From Candidatus Omnitrophota bacterium (GTDB lineage Bacteria; Omnitrophota; Gorgyraeia; Duberdicusellales; 4484-171), in NCBI GenBank assembly GCA_043823745.1, contig JBDRAN010000003.1:2958-66957 (forward strand): 64,000 nt of DNA. The letters are read 5' to 3'. Each line of letters starts with the position of its first letter. The stretch's first letter is position 1. The notes beneath the pieces were generated by a model. That model was not told the origin of the DNA. It saw only the letters and a program-made list of their open reading frames with translations, and made no database searches. Position numbers and translations under genes: made by a program. Below are positions 1 through 9,983 of this stretch, piece by piece.

Positions 1-2
1 AT

Positions 3-146
3 GCAGGGAAAATTAGTCATGAAGTTGCGGAAGCGTTAGCACTTGAAGAATATGAAAAGTATCGTGTTACTCAGGACAAAAACTATGTTTCCGACTTTGA
101 CCGCGAAGTGAAAAAATTATTAGATTCTAAAAAGAAAAAATCATGA
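3..146 (+). CDS. 3' end of a RhuM-like (virulence/island-associated) protein, truncated by the window edge
   Basis: Frame 3 reads AGKISHEVAEALALEEYEKYRVTQDKNYVSDFDREVKKLLDSKKKKS*, resembling the RhuM-family C-terminus (GKISH...EYEKY...SDFD). Confidence 0.55.
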   Translation, partial: AGKISHEVAEALALEEYEKYRVTQDKNYVSDFDREVKKLLDSKKKKS

Positions 147-593
147 CATTCTTACACGTAGACACATTAGTCCAGCAGACAACCGCCGATTACCTGAAAA
201 GTAGAATACCGGGGCCACCTATGGAAATAAAAGTCAACAGAGAAAATAATCCCCTGACGGTTCCTCGTTGTAAAAGAATCAAATAAAAACATTTTTAAAA
301 ATCCGACCGCTCGTCAAATATCTTAAGAGGCACTGGAACAAAGCCACCCACAACGAGATACCGGGGCCGACGCCTTAGTCTCCGGGCCGCCAAAGGCTGT
401 TCCGCAATGACTTAACAGCCTTGATAGCGGTTTTGTGATCAATGCCTAGAATTTTGCCTATCTTTAGGTATGACATACCCAATAAGTGTAATTCGGTCGC
501 TTTTTGGGCTAATTTCTGGTATAGATGAGGTTGTTTAACAGGGGGTATTTTAATATTGGCCAGGATCTCAGCAATGTTTCGAATTGGTTGCGA

Positions 594-659
594 CCGGGTC
601 CACCAGTTTAATTTTGCGTGGCAAAATTAAACAGAGCAATTGAGCAATCGAAAATAGAA
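594..659 (+). repeat. tRNA/tmRNA-like 3' end remnant (CCGGGTCCACCA) plus a trailer hairpin element shared with the tRNA-Arg trailer
   Basis: 606-659 is nearly identical to 28211-28265; it is preceded by ...TCCACCA but there is no full tRNA. Confidence 0.65.
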
Positions 660-825
660 AATAGATAAAAAAGTACCGCATCAATTGCGGTCTATTCTCG
701 ATTTTCTATTGATCAAAATCGGCAACGCCTTTACAAAAAGAAAAGTCAACTCGTCCATCGTCCCTCTTCCTATATTCTTTTTTAATCCGCACTTTTCCCA
801 CGCATATAATTATTTTTTTCTTCTC

Positions 826-853
826 TTGACCAACGCAAAAAACTTTATATAAT
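826..853 (+). promoter_or_regulatory. sigma-70 promoter for trxA
   Basis: TTGACC-N16-TATAAT. Confidence 0.5.
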
Positions 854-908
854 GAATTTTTGTCGAAACAAACATCGCGACTACACCGTTCGTAAAAGAG
901 GGGGCACT

Positions 909-1226
909 ATGGAGGTGGCAATAACCAGTAAGAACTTTGCAACCGAAGTCATTGAATCAAAAATACCTGTCTTAATTGATTTTTGGGCTCCCTGGTGCGG
1001 CCCCTGTAAAATAATAGCACCGAATATTGAAGCGGTTGCGAAAGAGCAAAAAGGAAAAATTAAAGTTTGTAAAATTAACGTTGACGAAGCCCCTGATGTT
1101 GCGACCAAATTTACCGTAATGAGCATTCCCACGGTAATGATTTTTAAGGGCGGAAAGGTGATGGAAAAAAAAGTCGGTTCCCTGAGCAAGCGCGACTTGG
1201 ATAAATTGATTCAACCATACCTTTGA
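909..1226 (+). CDS. trxA: thioredoxin
   Basis: WAPWCGPC active site and SIPT motif; start placed at the ATG after AGAGGGGG. Confidence 0.95.
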   Translation: MEVAITSKNFATEVIESKIPVLIDFWAPWCGPCKIIAPNIEAVAKEQKGKIKVCKINVDEAPDVATKFTVMSIPTVMIFKGGKVMEKKVGSLSKRDLDKLIQPYL

Positions 1227-1310
1227 TATTACTACCTTACTACCTTGCGATGCAAAAAAAGCTTGCATTTTAAAAAGGTAGTTACTATAATAGATAAAAG
1301 GAGGTGCATT

Positions 1311-1685
1311 ATGGGTTCAAAAAAGTTTGTAGGTCTTATGGTAGTCGCTCTTTTAATCGCGTCCTTCTGTGTTCCCGCCTTTGCTCAAAGCAAAAAGGAA
1401 TACATGGACCAACTTTCCGCCGCACGCTCAACCTTTATATCTGAGCGCGACAAACTGCATGACCAGGACCGGACACTACGGGTCAGCTGGCATAACGAAA
1501 GAGCGGAATTATACAAGCAGCTGAAAGCAAATCCTGGCGATAGGGCAATCCAGGGACAGATCAATGATGGCGCAAAGAAATTTTTAGCCGACAAGAAAGA
1601 TGTATATCAGAGGCTCGAGCAGCAGCGGAAAGACTGGCTTCAAGCTAAGAAAGAAATAGGCAGTCAAATCAAAAGCGCATCTTAA
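1311..1685 (+). CDS. exported helical hypothetical protein
   Basis: AGGAGG SD; signal peptide ending AFA-Q; helical charged body. Confidence 0.75.
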   Translation: MGSKKFVGLMVVALLIASFCVPAFAQSKKEYMDQLSAARSTFISERDKLHDQDRTLRVSWHNERAELYKQLKANPGDRAIQGQINDGAKKFLADKKDVYQRLEQQRKDWLQAKKEIGSQIKSAS

Positions 1686-1709
1686 TACTCTTTTTTATGA
1701 CATCATACG

Positions 1710-1746
1710 CACCCCAGCTCTTCATGAGCTGGGGTGTTTTTGTTTT
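1710..1746 (+). terminator. intrinsic terminator
   Basis: CACCCCAGCTC-TTCAT-GAGCTGGGGTG followed by a T-rich tail. Confidence 0.85.
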
Positions 1747-1873
1747 CATACGCACGTTCGCGCTATCGGTACACGGAAGTATGCTTTCCTAAAAGAATTT
1801 GCATTATGCGTCCAGTCACTATATAATAGGTTTTCAGATGCGCATGAGCGCTCTATTACAAAGGGGGATAACG

Positions 1874-2218
1874 ATGTCTGAAGAAAAAAAAGATCTTGGA
1901 CCAACATCGACTGGAATGCAGGCTAATATTGCGGGGCTCCTGTGTTACCTGGTCGGCTTTATCACCGGTATTGTGTTTTATCTTGTTGAGAAAAACAATA
2001 AATTTGTCAGATTTCACGCTATGCAATCAATTATCGCGTTCGGATTCCTTTTCGTAATGGCTACCTTATTGCCGTGGATTCCGGTTATCGGCTGGATACT
2101 AACGCCGGTACTCTGGGTCGTTAACTTAGTGCTCTGGATCGTTTTAATGATAAAGGCATACCAGGGCGAGCTTTTTAAATTACCGATAGCGGGGGATATA
2201 GCCGAGAAAAATTCCTGA
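1874..2218 (+). CDS. DUF4870-type small membrane protein
   Basis: N-x-AGLLCYL...FVRFHAMQS...KAYQGE...LP-x-x-G pattern. Confidence 0.8.
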   Translation: MSEEKKDLGPTSTGMQANIAGLLCYLVGFITGIVFYLVEKNNKFVRFHAMQSIIAFGFLFVMATLLPWIPVIGWILTPVLWVVNLVLWIVLMIKAYQGELFKLPIAGDIAEKNS

Positions 2219-2276
2219 CGCCAAACGGCCGCTCACATACCGATACGCAGAACGTCCGTCTACTCATAAGATTTTG

Positions 2277-2304
2277 TTGACAAAAAAAGAGCTGCTGCTA
2301 TACT
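2277..2304 (+). promoter_or_regulatory. sigma-70 promoter of the hydrogenase operon
   Basis: TTGACA-N16-TATACT. Confidence 0.65.
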
Positions 2305-2332
2305 AGGTGAAATTTTTTATTTTTACCCACTA

Positions 2333-2350
2333 TTGTGAATTAATTCACAA
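2333..2350. promoter_or_regulatory. Rex (NADH/NAD+ sensor) operator
   Basis: TTGTGAATTAATTCACAA is a perfect palindrome matching the Rex consensus TTGTGAA-N4-TTCACAA, directly before the ATG. Confidence 0.8.
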
Positions 2351-3379
2351 ATGCAGGAAAAAACGAACGTATTCATTTCTGAAGAAAACTTCATAAAGCT
2401 CTTGGAAAGCCTTTCGCGCGAATACCGGGTGGTTTCCCCGCAAGGAACAGAGAACTTTATGTGGCAAGAAACAACCGCCGCCACGCATAAACCCTATCGC
2501 GCTATCAGTTCCATACGACAATTCCTTATCCCGCCCGTCGAATGGCTCAGCGATTATTTTAAAAACGACTCCGGATCCCATAAGCCCTACTGCATCGTCA
2601 ATGCAAAAAATTGCGATCTCGCATCGCTGGCGACACATGATTTCGTATTCCTGGGAGAGACTCCCGACCAGCGCTACATGGAAATGCGCGAACGCAACCT
2701 CATTATTTCAAGCGACTGTACGTCTTTTAAAAATGTCTGTTTTTGTCTGGCGCTCGATATAAAGCCTTATCCTGAAAAACTTTTTGACCTCAATCTATCG
2801 CCTATCAAAAACGGCTATCTGGTTGAAATCGGCTCAACCAAAGGCCGCGAGACTGTTACCGCTAACCCGGCGCTGTTCCAGGAACCATTAGACGCACAGA
2901 TGCTTGCCCGTCAAGAGATTCGAAAAGAGGTGAATGAACGACTCTGGTATCATCTGAAGTCACAAAATCTTCCTCCAAAACAAGAACTACACCGCTTGAT
3001 AAAAAATGGCTACGAGCATGGAGTCTGGCAGGAAGAATCGACCCGCTGTGTTGAATGTGGCGCGTGTATCATGAATTGCCCCACCTGCCACTGCTTTTTG
3101 CTTTTTGACCAAAAAAAAGAACAGGGTTACCTGAGGGGAAGGGTCTGGGATGGGTGCCAATTAAAAAATTTTACGCGCGTTGCCGGAGGCGCGAATCCGC
3201 TTAAAATGCGCAGCCACCGGCTTCGTAACCGCTATATCAAGAAATTTGAGTTTTTCCCTGATATCATGAACGCATATGCCTGTACCGGCTGTGGACGTTG
3301 CATCGAATGCTGCTCCGGTAAGATCGATTTGCGCCATATCTTTAAGTGTCTGGCCGGAACAGAACCCATAAAAACGTAA
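2351..3379 (+). CDS. sulfhydrogenase beta / AsrA-like Fe-S subunit
   Basis: CVECGACIMNCPTCHCF, R-x-WDGC, CTGCGRCIECC motifs. Confidence 0.85.
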   Translation: MQEKTNVFISEENFIKLLESLSREYRVVSPQGTENFMWQETTAATHKPYRAISSIRQFLIPPVEWLSDYFKNDSGSHKPYCIVNAKNCDLASLATHDFVFLGETPDQRYMEMRERNLIISSDCTSFKNVCFCLALDIKPYPEKLFDLNLSPIKNGYLVEIGSTKGRETVTANPALFQEPLDAQMLARQEIRKEVNERLWYHLKSQNLPPKQELHRLIKNGYEHGVWQEESTRCVECGACIMNCPTCHCFLLFDQKKEQGYLRGRVWDGCQLKNFTRVAGGANPLKMRSHRLRNRYIKKFEFFPDIMNAYACTGCGRCIECCSGKIDLRHIFKCLAGTEPIKT

Positions 3380-3385
3380 ATTGTA

Positions 3386-4201
3386 ATGAAAAACATCTAT
3401 TTACCCAAAAAAGTTACGATTACCAAAATTATCGAAGAAACACCGACAATTAAAACATTTGTCTTTAAGCCTGAGTCCGAGTTTTCTTTTTTAACAGGCC
3501 AATTTGTGGAGTTAACATACCCGGGTGCGGGAGAAGCTCCTTTCACACCTTCTTCCGATCCCAGTAGAAAGGATGCATTTGAAATAACAATCATGAAGGT
3601 AGGTACGGTAACTGAGTTATTCCACCGGGCACAGCCGGGAGACGTTCTGGGTATACGCGGACCCTACGGTAAAGGCTACCCCCTGGATACGTTTAAAGGG
3701 AAAGAATTATTGATCGTCGGCGGAGGAGTAGGCCTTGCGCCACTACGCTCTCTTATCTACGCGCTCTATCAACGCATCAATGATTTCAAAAAAATTGTTA
3801 TCTGTTACGGCGCACGCACCCCTCAGGATATCATCTATAAATACCAGATCGATGAGTTCAAGAAGCAAAAAAATGTCGAATTTCGCTTGACCGTCGACAA
3901 GGGGGATCCGGCCTGGAAGGGAAATGTAGGCCTGGTTACCTCGATTCTTACGAATCTACCGATTAATATAAAGGAAGCAGTAGGTATTGTCTGCGGCCCC
4001 CCGATTATGATGAAATTCGCCAACTTAAAACTTCTTGAGCTGGGCTTTGAAACTACAAATATTTATCTTTCTCTGGAGAAAAACATGAGCTGCGGCCTTG
4101 GTAAGTGCGGACATTGCCGCCTCGGCAAATATTACATCTGTAAGGACGGTCCGGTATTTCGCTATGAAGATATTAAGAACATTCACGATGCCTGGGATTA
4201 A
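3386..4201 (+). CDS. sulfhydrogenase gamma / AsrB-like FAD/NAD(P)-binding [2Fe-2S] subunit
   Basis: RGPYGKGY, GGGVGLAPLR, CGPPIMM, CGLGKCGHC...CKDGPVF. Confidence 0.9.
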   Translation: MKNIYLPKKVTITKIIEETPTIKTFVFKPESEFSFLTGQFVELTYPGAGEAPFTPSSDPSRKDAFEITIMKVGTVTELFHRAQPGDVLGIRGPYGKGYPLDTFKGKELLIVGGGVGLAPLRSLIYALYQRINDFKKIVICYGARTPQDIIYKYQIDEFKKQKNVEFRLTVDKGDPAWKGNVGLVTSILTNLPINIKEAVGIVCGPPIMMKFANLKLLELGFETTNIYLSLEKNMSCGLGKCGHCRLGKYYICKDGPVFRYEDIKNIHDAWD

Positions 4202-4349
4202 ATCGCTACAGACTGCAAGCCACAAGATTAAAATCCTGTAGCCTGTCCCGTTTCCTATATCGATAGAGCGGGTGCGGGACGCCCCGATCCTTATTATATG
4301 TTTTAGGGGTAACGGGGCTGAAGCTTGTAACCTGAAGCATAAAGAATTT

Positions 4350-4850
4350 ATGAAAAAATTATTTCTCGATTTAGAAAAATGCGACGCCTGCCCCGAGTGT
4401 GTGGTGAAATGCAGCTATATCTACCATCCGCAGAATAACGGCATCGGGAGCATTCGGGAGCTTGCGACCTTCGCGCTGATTTGTCATCGCTGCGAAGAAG
4501 CTCCCTGTGTGAACTCCTGTTATCATAAGGCGCTCGAAAAAGAAACCGATGGTATCGTGCGAAGAGCTAAGATGCTGTGCACCTCATGCAAAACCTGCAG
4601 CATCGCCTGTCCGTTTGGCGTAATATTTCCTGATTTTCTGCAATATCTTGATTCACGCTGCGACTTTTGCATTGGAAAGAAAACTGAACCGGCATGCATA
4701 CTCACATGCCCGTATCACGCGATAGAAACGCGAGAAATAGAGAATGAAGATATCACCCAGGGGATTTATCTTGTTTCTGATATGCTGGCGGTAAAACACC
4801 CCAGGAAATGGTTCCTGGACGACAAGGCGCTCTATATTAAAAAAAGATAA
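4350..4850 (+). CDS. 4Fe-4S dicluster (HycB/CooF-like) electron transfer protein
   Basis: CHRCEEAPCVNSC, CTSCKTCSIACPFG, CDFC...CILTCP. Confidence 0.85.
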   Translation: MKKLFLDLEKCDACPECVVKCSYIYHPQNNGIGSIRELATFALICHRCEEAPCVNSCYHKALEKETDGIVRRAKMLCTSCKTCSIACPFGVIFPDFLQYLDSRCDFCIGKKTEPACILTCPYHAIETREIENEDITQGIYLVSDMLAVKHPRKWFLDDKALYIKKR

Positions 4851-4852
4851 CG

Positions 4853-5791
4853 ATGTGCCCACGATACCTTCTATATTTTAACTATCTCATTTTTCCCGGA
4901 ATTCTTTTTTCCCTCTTTATGGGGGGTATGGGCTGGTGGTTTGAGCGGAAGCTTACCGCGCGCTTTCAATATCGCGTAGGCCCTCCCTGGTATCAAAGCT
5001 TCATGGATGCAGCCAAACTATTCGTTAAAGAAACACTCATACCTGACAATGCGCTTAAACCCCTCTTTATTGCCGCCCCCATCATAAGTTTCTCCGCGGC
5101 GGCAACTTTTACGGTGCTCGTGGGACAAATTTATTTTACCGGCACAAACCCGGTCGCTGACGCAATCGTTCTCTTATATCTTTTGGTCATACCGCCGCTT
5201 TTTGTAATACTGGGCGCATTTTCATCGCGCAATCCCTTAGCACTGACCGGCGCGGCGCGGGAAATAAAAATGATGCTTGCCTATGAGTTTATTTTTATTA
5301 CGGTTCTTGTCATCGTCATTATTAAATCGGGCGGCTCAATCTTATTTTCCGATATCATCAGTGCCCAAAGCGCTACGCACATGCATATCGCGAGTTTCTC
5401 CGGTGCCATTGCGTTTTTTCTTGGGATTTTTTATATTCAAGCGAAATTGGGAATCGTGCCTTTTGACGTGGCGGAGGCGGAACAAGAAATTATGGCCGGG
5501 ACCATGATTGAATATTCAGGCTCGCTTCTTGGACTGTATCGGCTCGCGAAAATGTTCCTTTATTTTTCACTACCGCTTTTTATCACCATCCTGCTTTTTT
5601 CCGGAACACAGACCACCCTTATCGGAAAAATACTGCACCTTGTAATCGTCTATGGCGTAATAATGCTGATCGTTTCGGTCATAAAGAATATTAATCCGCG
5701 GGCGCGGGTCAAAGATGCCTTGGGATTTTTTTGGTTTTTCTTATTTCCCCTGGGCCTTGTCGGGATTATACTGGCTATGAACGGACTTTAA
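4853..5791 (+). CDS. hydrogenase membrane subunit, NuoH/MbhM/HycD-like
   Basis: ERKLTARFQYRVGPP, PFDVAEAEQEI, EYSG, PR-x-R. Confidence 0.9.
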   Translation: MCPRYLLYFNYLIFPGILFSLFMGGMGWWFERKLTARFQYRVGPPWYQSFMDAAKLFVKETLIPDNALKPLFIAAPIISFSAAATFTVLVGQIYFTGTNPVADAIVLLYLLVIPPLFVILGAFSSRNPLALTGAAREIKMMLAYEFIFITVLVIVIIKSGGSILFSDIISAQSATHMHIASFSGAIAFFLGIFYIQAKLGIVPFDVAEAEQEIMAGTMIEYSGSLLGLYRLAKMFLYFSLPLFITILLFSGTQTTLIGKILHLVIVYGVIMLIVSVIKNINPRARVKDALGFFWFFLFPLGLVGIILAMNGL

Positions 5792-6214
5792 ATGGGCTTA
5801 AAAGAACTCATACTTACTAAATCGCTCTGGGTATTCCACTTAAGCGTGGGCAGTTGTAACAACTGCGACATCGAAATTATTGACTGCCTTACTCCGCGTT
5901 TCGATATTGAGCGACTCGGTATGCAGCTTGCCGCAAGCATCAGACATGCCGATGTGCTGCTCGTTACCGGCGCGCTTAACAAAAAATCGACGCCGATGCT
6001 TAAAAACCTCCTTACGCAGGCACCAAAGCCCTGTTTTGTGGTTGCGGTAGGAACGTGCCCGTGCTCTCGACATATGTTTAAAAACAGTTATAATACCGTA
6101 GCCGCCCTCGATGAAGTGATACCCGTTGATCTTTACATCCCGGGTTGCCCGCCCAAACCCGAAGCGATTATCGCGGGAGTGGCAAAACTTATCAAGAAGG
6201 TGACGCGAAAATGA
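5792..6214 (+). CDS. group 4 [NiFe] hydrogenase small subunit (NuoB/MbhJ-like)
   Basis: GSCNNCDIE, ADVLLVTG, VGTC, PGCPPKPEA. Confidence 0.92.
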   Translation: MGLKELILTKSLWVFHLSVGSCNNCDIEIIDCLTPRFDIERLGMQLAASIRHADVLLVTGALNKKSTPMLKNLLTQAPKPCFVVAVGTCPCSRHMFKNSYNTVAALDEVIPVDLYIPGCPPKPEAIIAGVAKLIKKVTRK

Positions 6215-6645
6215 TACAAGAACAAGTCAAAGAAAAGTTAGGAAAAAAAACAACCGACTGGAAGGCAACCAGCAGCCGCAGGATATACTTTACGATCGCG
6301 CAGAAAGATATCAGCGACGTTGGAAAAATCCTGCATAAAGATATGAACATGCGCCTCGCCACGATTAGCGGAGTGGATGAGCAGACGCACTTCGAACTTA
6401 TCTATCACTTCAGCCACGATGCAACAGGAGAGCTGTTCAATGTACGCGTATTGTTAACCGACCGAAAAAATCCATGCATCGATTCACTCTCGACACTCTT
6501 TGAGGCTGCTGACTGGTCAGAACGTGAAATCCATGAGATGCTCGGCATTGATTTTAAGGGGCATCTCAATCTCAAACATCTCTTATTAAACGACGCCTGG
6601 CCCCAGGGAAAATATCCGTTACGAAAGGATTATGTCAATGAGTGA
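6211..6645 (+). CDS. NuoC/MbhK-like subunit
   Basis: W-x-EREIHEMLGI-x-F-x-GH...YPLRKD. Confidence 0.9.
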   Translation: MIQEQVKEKLGKKTTDWKATSSRRIYFTIAQKDISDVGKILHKDMNMRLATISGVDEQTHFELIYHFSHDATGELFNVRVLLTDRKNPCIDSLSTLFEAADWSEREIHEMLGIDFKGHLNLKHLLLNDAWPQGKYPLRKDYVNE

Positions 6646-7825
6646 AAAAAAAGTAATACCCATCGGCCCCTATCATCCGCTCCAGGAAGAGCCTGAATTT
6701 TTTAAGCTCATCGTTGAGGGCGAACGCGTTACGGAGCTTATCATCGAGATCGGCTACAACCATCGCGGTATCGAGAAACTGGCGGAGTCAAAACACTGGG
6801 ACCAAGTTGCGTTCGCGGTGGAGCGCATCTGCGGTATATGCTCAACGTCGCATCCCTTTGCCTATGTCTTGGCGGTCGAGGACCTCCTGGGCATTGCCGT
6901 CCCTGAGCGTGCCAGCTACATCCGCATGATCATCGATGAAATGCAGCGTCTCCATTCCCATCTCTTATGGCTTGGCTTGGCCGGCCACTTTATCGGCTAC
7001 AACACTATTTGGATGTGGGCATGGAAAGCGCGAGAGCCGATCCTTGATCTTTTTGAACACATCACCGGCAACCGCCAGCATTATGCAATGATGAAAATAG
7101 GAGGAGTTCGCCGTGATATCAGAGAAGAGGACTATCCGGCGATACATAAAGCGCTTAAGGAACTCTATCCTACGCTTACCATGTTTGCCAAAGCTGTTAA
7201 CGATGACCCGGTAATACAGAAGCGCACCAAAGATGTCGGTATTTTAACAAAAGAGAAAGCGATTTCCTTTGGCGCGCTGGGCCCCATTGCCCGCGCTTCC
7301 GGCGTTGATATTGATGTCCGTCGAGATGACCCCTACGCGCTCTACGCGAACGTAAATTGGTCGGTCGTAGTCAAAGACAGTGGCGACATCTATGATAAGG
7401 TTCTGGTACGGATCCTTGAGATGTTTGAATCCTGTTCTATTATCCAGCAGTGCGTAACCAAGATCCAACCAGGCCCCATAGAGACGGAAGTCAGGGATAT
7501 ACCGCCGGGAGAAGGCATCGGCAGGGTAGAGGCCCCGCGTGGCGAATGCTTCCATTACGTAAAAAGCGACGGTACCAACAGGCCGGTACGCCATAAAATA
7601 AGAGCGCCCTCCTTGATGAATGTTCCTACTAACCTGGTTACTGTTCCCGGGTATACTATTTCTGACGCAGCGATCACTCTGGCAGCGGTGGACCCCTGTT
7701 ACTGTTGCACCGAACGAAGCGCTGCATTCAGCAAAAACGGCAAAAAAATATTTACCGGCGAAGAACTCGTTGCGCTCTCAATCGAAAAAACAAACCAACT
7801 ACGTAAACAGTATGATAACCAATAA
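6638..7825 (+). CDS. group 4 [NiFe] hydrogenase large (catalytic) subunit
   Basis: L1 ERICGICS and L2 DPCYCCTER give all four Ni-Fe cysteines; a C-terminal extension follows the Arg for protease cleavage. Confidence 0.93.
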   Translation: MSEKKVIPIGPYHPLQEEPEFFKLIVEGERVTELIIEIGYNHRGIEKLAESKHWDQVAFAVERICGICSTSHPFAYVLAVEDLLGIAVPERASYIRMIIDEMQRLHSHLLWLGLAGHFIGYNTIWMWAWKAREPILDLFEHITGNRQHYAMMKIGGVRRDIREEDYPAIHKALKELYPTLTMFAKAVNDDPVIQKRTKDVGILTKEKAISFGALGPIARASGVDIDVRRDDPYALYANVNWSVVVKDSGDIYDKVLVRILEMFESCSIIQQCVTKIQPGPIETEVRDIPPGEGIGRVEAPRGECFHYVKSDGTNRPVRHKIRAPSLMNVPTNLVTVPGYTISDAAITLAAVDPCYCCTERSAAFSKNGKKIFTGEELVALSIEKTNQLRKQYDNQ

Positions 7826-9437
7826 TCTATTCCTGGTTGATCCGCTCTCCATATTAATAAGCATTTGTATCTGCTTCTTTACGGTTATCCTCTTTATCTT
7901 TTCGCTCGGCTTCATAAAAACGCAAAGATTTACATATTACACCTGGTTCTTCGCAACTGCCGTAGCCTCCCTTGGTGTTGTTCTCTCAAACCATCTTATC
8001 GCTATTCTCGTCTTCTGGGGATTCCTTGGCCTCGCAATTTTTAAGCTCATTAACGTGTGCCCAGATGCAGAGGCCGCCCGTGCCGCAAAAAAAACATTGA
8101 TTATCATTGGGGGAACTGACGCTTTCCTTTTACTCGGATTTCTTTTATACATGAAACTCGCTGCCTCTACATTTATCACCGGAACATCACTTGCAATACA
8201 CGACTCTCAAACGCTTCTAGCATTTCTCTGTATCGCGGCAGGCGCGTTTGCAAAAGCAGGGTGCATGCCGTTTCATACCTGGATTCCCGATACCGCGGCA
8301 AGTGCACCAGTGCCGGTCGTTGCCTACCTGCCGGCATCGCTTGATAAACTCCTGGGAATCTATCTCCTTATACGCATCGCCAAAGATACGTTTATACTGA
8401 ATGCAACTGCCCAAGGAATCCTTTTCCTTGTCGGGTCAATGACCATTTTATGCGCGGTAATGATGGCGCTCGTTCAACACAATATTAAGCGACTCCTGGG
8501 CTACCATGCGGTATCTCAAGTTGGCTACATGATTCTTGGGATCGGCTGCGCGAGCCCCCTTGGGTTTGCCGCAGCACTTTTTCATATGATTAATCACGCG
8601 ATATATAAATCATGCCTATTCCTCGCTGCCGGAAATGTGGAAAAGCAAACGGGAGCAACCGAAATGGATAAGTTGGGCGGACTAGCAAAGTATATGCCGA
8701 TAACGTTTATTGTTACCTTAATTGCTTCCTTTTCCATTTCAGGCATTCCGCCGTTTAACGGCTTTGTCTCAAAATGGATGGTCTATCAGGGCCTGATAGA
8801 GTTCGCGCAAAGAATCACTTCACTGAAACTACAGATCCTTGCGATTGGAGGCCTGGTTATCGCGCTGGCAGGTTCGAGCTTAACGCTTGCCTCATTCTTA
8901 AAATTAAACTATGGCGTATTTTTAGGAAGCCCGCGCGCGAAAACAAAAGAAGCACGTACAATGCTTCTGATCGCGCCCGTTATTCTTGCCGGCCTCTGTG
9001 TCATTTTCGGAATTTTTTCTCGATACCTGATAATGCCTGTTCTTGTCAGCAGCGTAGGCTATTTTATCTTACCGGGGCTTTGGAACCCCCTCTTAATCAC
9101 TACACTCATTGTCGCGGGCATACTCATCGGCTTTATCTTATTCACTTTTACCGGGAAAAAATTGCGGCAAAGCCCCTCGTTTATCGGCGGAGAACCGCTT
9201 GCGCCAGCAGAGGAAGTCCGGATTGAGGATTTTTATAATACAATAAGAGAATTACGAATACTGAAACGTATTTATCGGCTGGCCGAAGAGAAATTCTTTG
9301 ATATATACGACCAAAGCTCAAATTTTGTTTTCGGAATAGGCAGGTTTTTCCAGTATCTGCATAACGGCGTTTTGCCGACTTATCTAGTCTGGACGCTTTT
9401 AGGCATGATCGGCTTGTTTTTTGTGCTGCTAAGATAA
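7812..9437 (+). CDS. NuoL/MrpA/HyfB-like antiporter-type membrane subunit
   Basis: KAG-x-x-PFHTWIPD, KRLLGYHAVSQVGY, H-x-x-NHAIYK, GIPPFNGF-x-SKW. Confidence 0.9.
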   Translation: MITNNLFLVDPLSILISICICFFTVILFIFSLGFIKTQRFTYYTWFFATAVASLGVVLSNHLIAILVFWGFLGLAIFKLINVCPDAEAARAAKKTLIIIGGTDAFLLLGFLLYMKLAASTFITGTSLAIHDSQTLLAFLCIAAGAFAKAGCMPFHTWIPDTAASAPVPVVAYLPASLDKLLGIYLLIRIAKDTFILNATAQGILFLVGSMTILCAVMMALVQHNIKRLLGYHAVSQVGYMILGIGCASPLGFAAALFHMINHAIYKSCLFLAAGNVEKQTGATEMDKLGGLAKYMPITFIVTLIASFSISGIPPFNGFVSKWMVYQGLIEFAQRITSLKLQILAIGGLVIALAGSSLTLASFLKLNYGVFLGSPRAKTKEARTMLLIAPVILAGLCVIFGIFSRYLIMPVLVSSVGYFILPGLWNPLLITTLIVAGILIGFILFTFTGKKLRQSPSFIGGEPLAPAEEVRIEDFYNTIRELRILKRIYRLAEEKFFDIYDQSSNFVFGIGRFFQYLHNGVLPTYLVWTLLGMIGLFFVLLR

Positions 9438-9443
9438 ATTTTT

Positions 9444-9983
9444 ATGGAACTGCATATATTATTATTATTTATGATTATTGGTGCAATTGTGGCGATTGAA
9501 GCTCGGGATCTCTTGTCGAGCGTAATTGCCATAGGCGCGGTAGGTTTTGCATTATGTTTAGCTTTCTTGGTTTTAAAAGCGCCAGATTTAGCGATTACCC
9601 AGTTAGTAGTGGAGATTCTTTGTTTGATTATTTTAATCCGCGCAACCATTAAGAGAGATTTACCTTTGACTATTGAAGGCCGTTGGATCTTTAACACACT
9701 TTCGACGTTAGCGTTCATTGCGGTATTTCTTTTCTTCGCCTATAATGCGCTGCAAGAATTACCGGCTTTTGGAAATCCCATCATGAGGGTGGTACAGAAA
9801 TATTTTGAAGAAGGGGTTAGTAAAACCGGGGCGGTAAACCTCGTTACGGCTGTAATCCTTGATTTTAGAGCCTATGATACCTTAGGCGAAGCCACGGTAT
9901 TATTTACTTCGGTAATCGGCATTATGGCAGTTTTGCGCCAACGGGGAAGAAAAAAAATAGAGGAGACCGAGGATGATCGATAA
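9444..9983 (+). CDS. MbhD/E-like subunit (DUF4040 + MrpA C-terminal part)
   Basis: APDLAITQ, N-x-VTAVILDFRAYDTLGE. Confidence 0.85.
   Translation: MELHILLLFMIIGAIVAIEARDLLSSVIAIGAVGFALCLAFLVLKAPDLAITQLVVEILCLIILIRATIKRDLPLTIEGRWIFNTLSTLAFIAVFLFFAYNALQELPAFGNPIMRVVQKYFEEGVSKTGAVNLVTAVILDFRAYDTLGEATVLFTSVIGIMAVLRQRGRKKIEETEDDR

Noticed and set aside
2351-4201. Anaerobic sulfite reductase AsrABC
   Set aside because: No siroheme AsrC subunit is present; the context is a hydrogenase.
6638-7825. Selenocysteine [NiFeSe] hydrogenase
   Set aside because: The L2 motif is encoded by Cys codons and there is no in-frame TGA.
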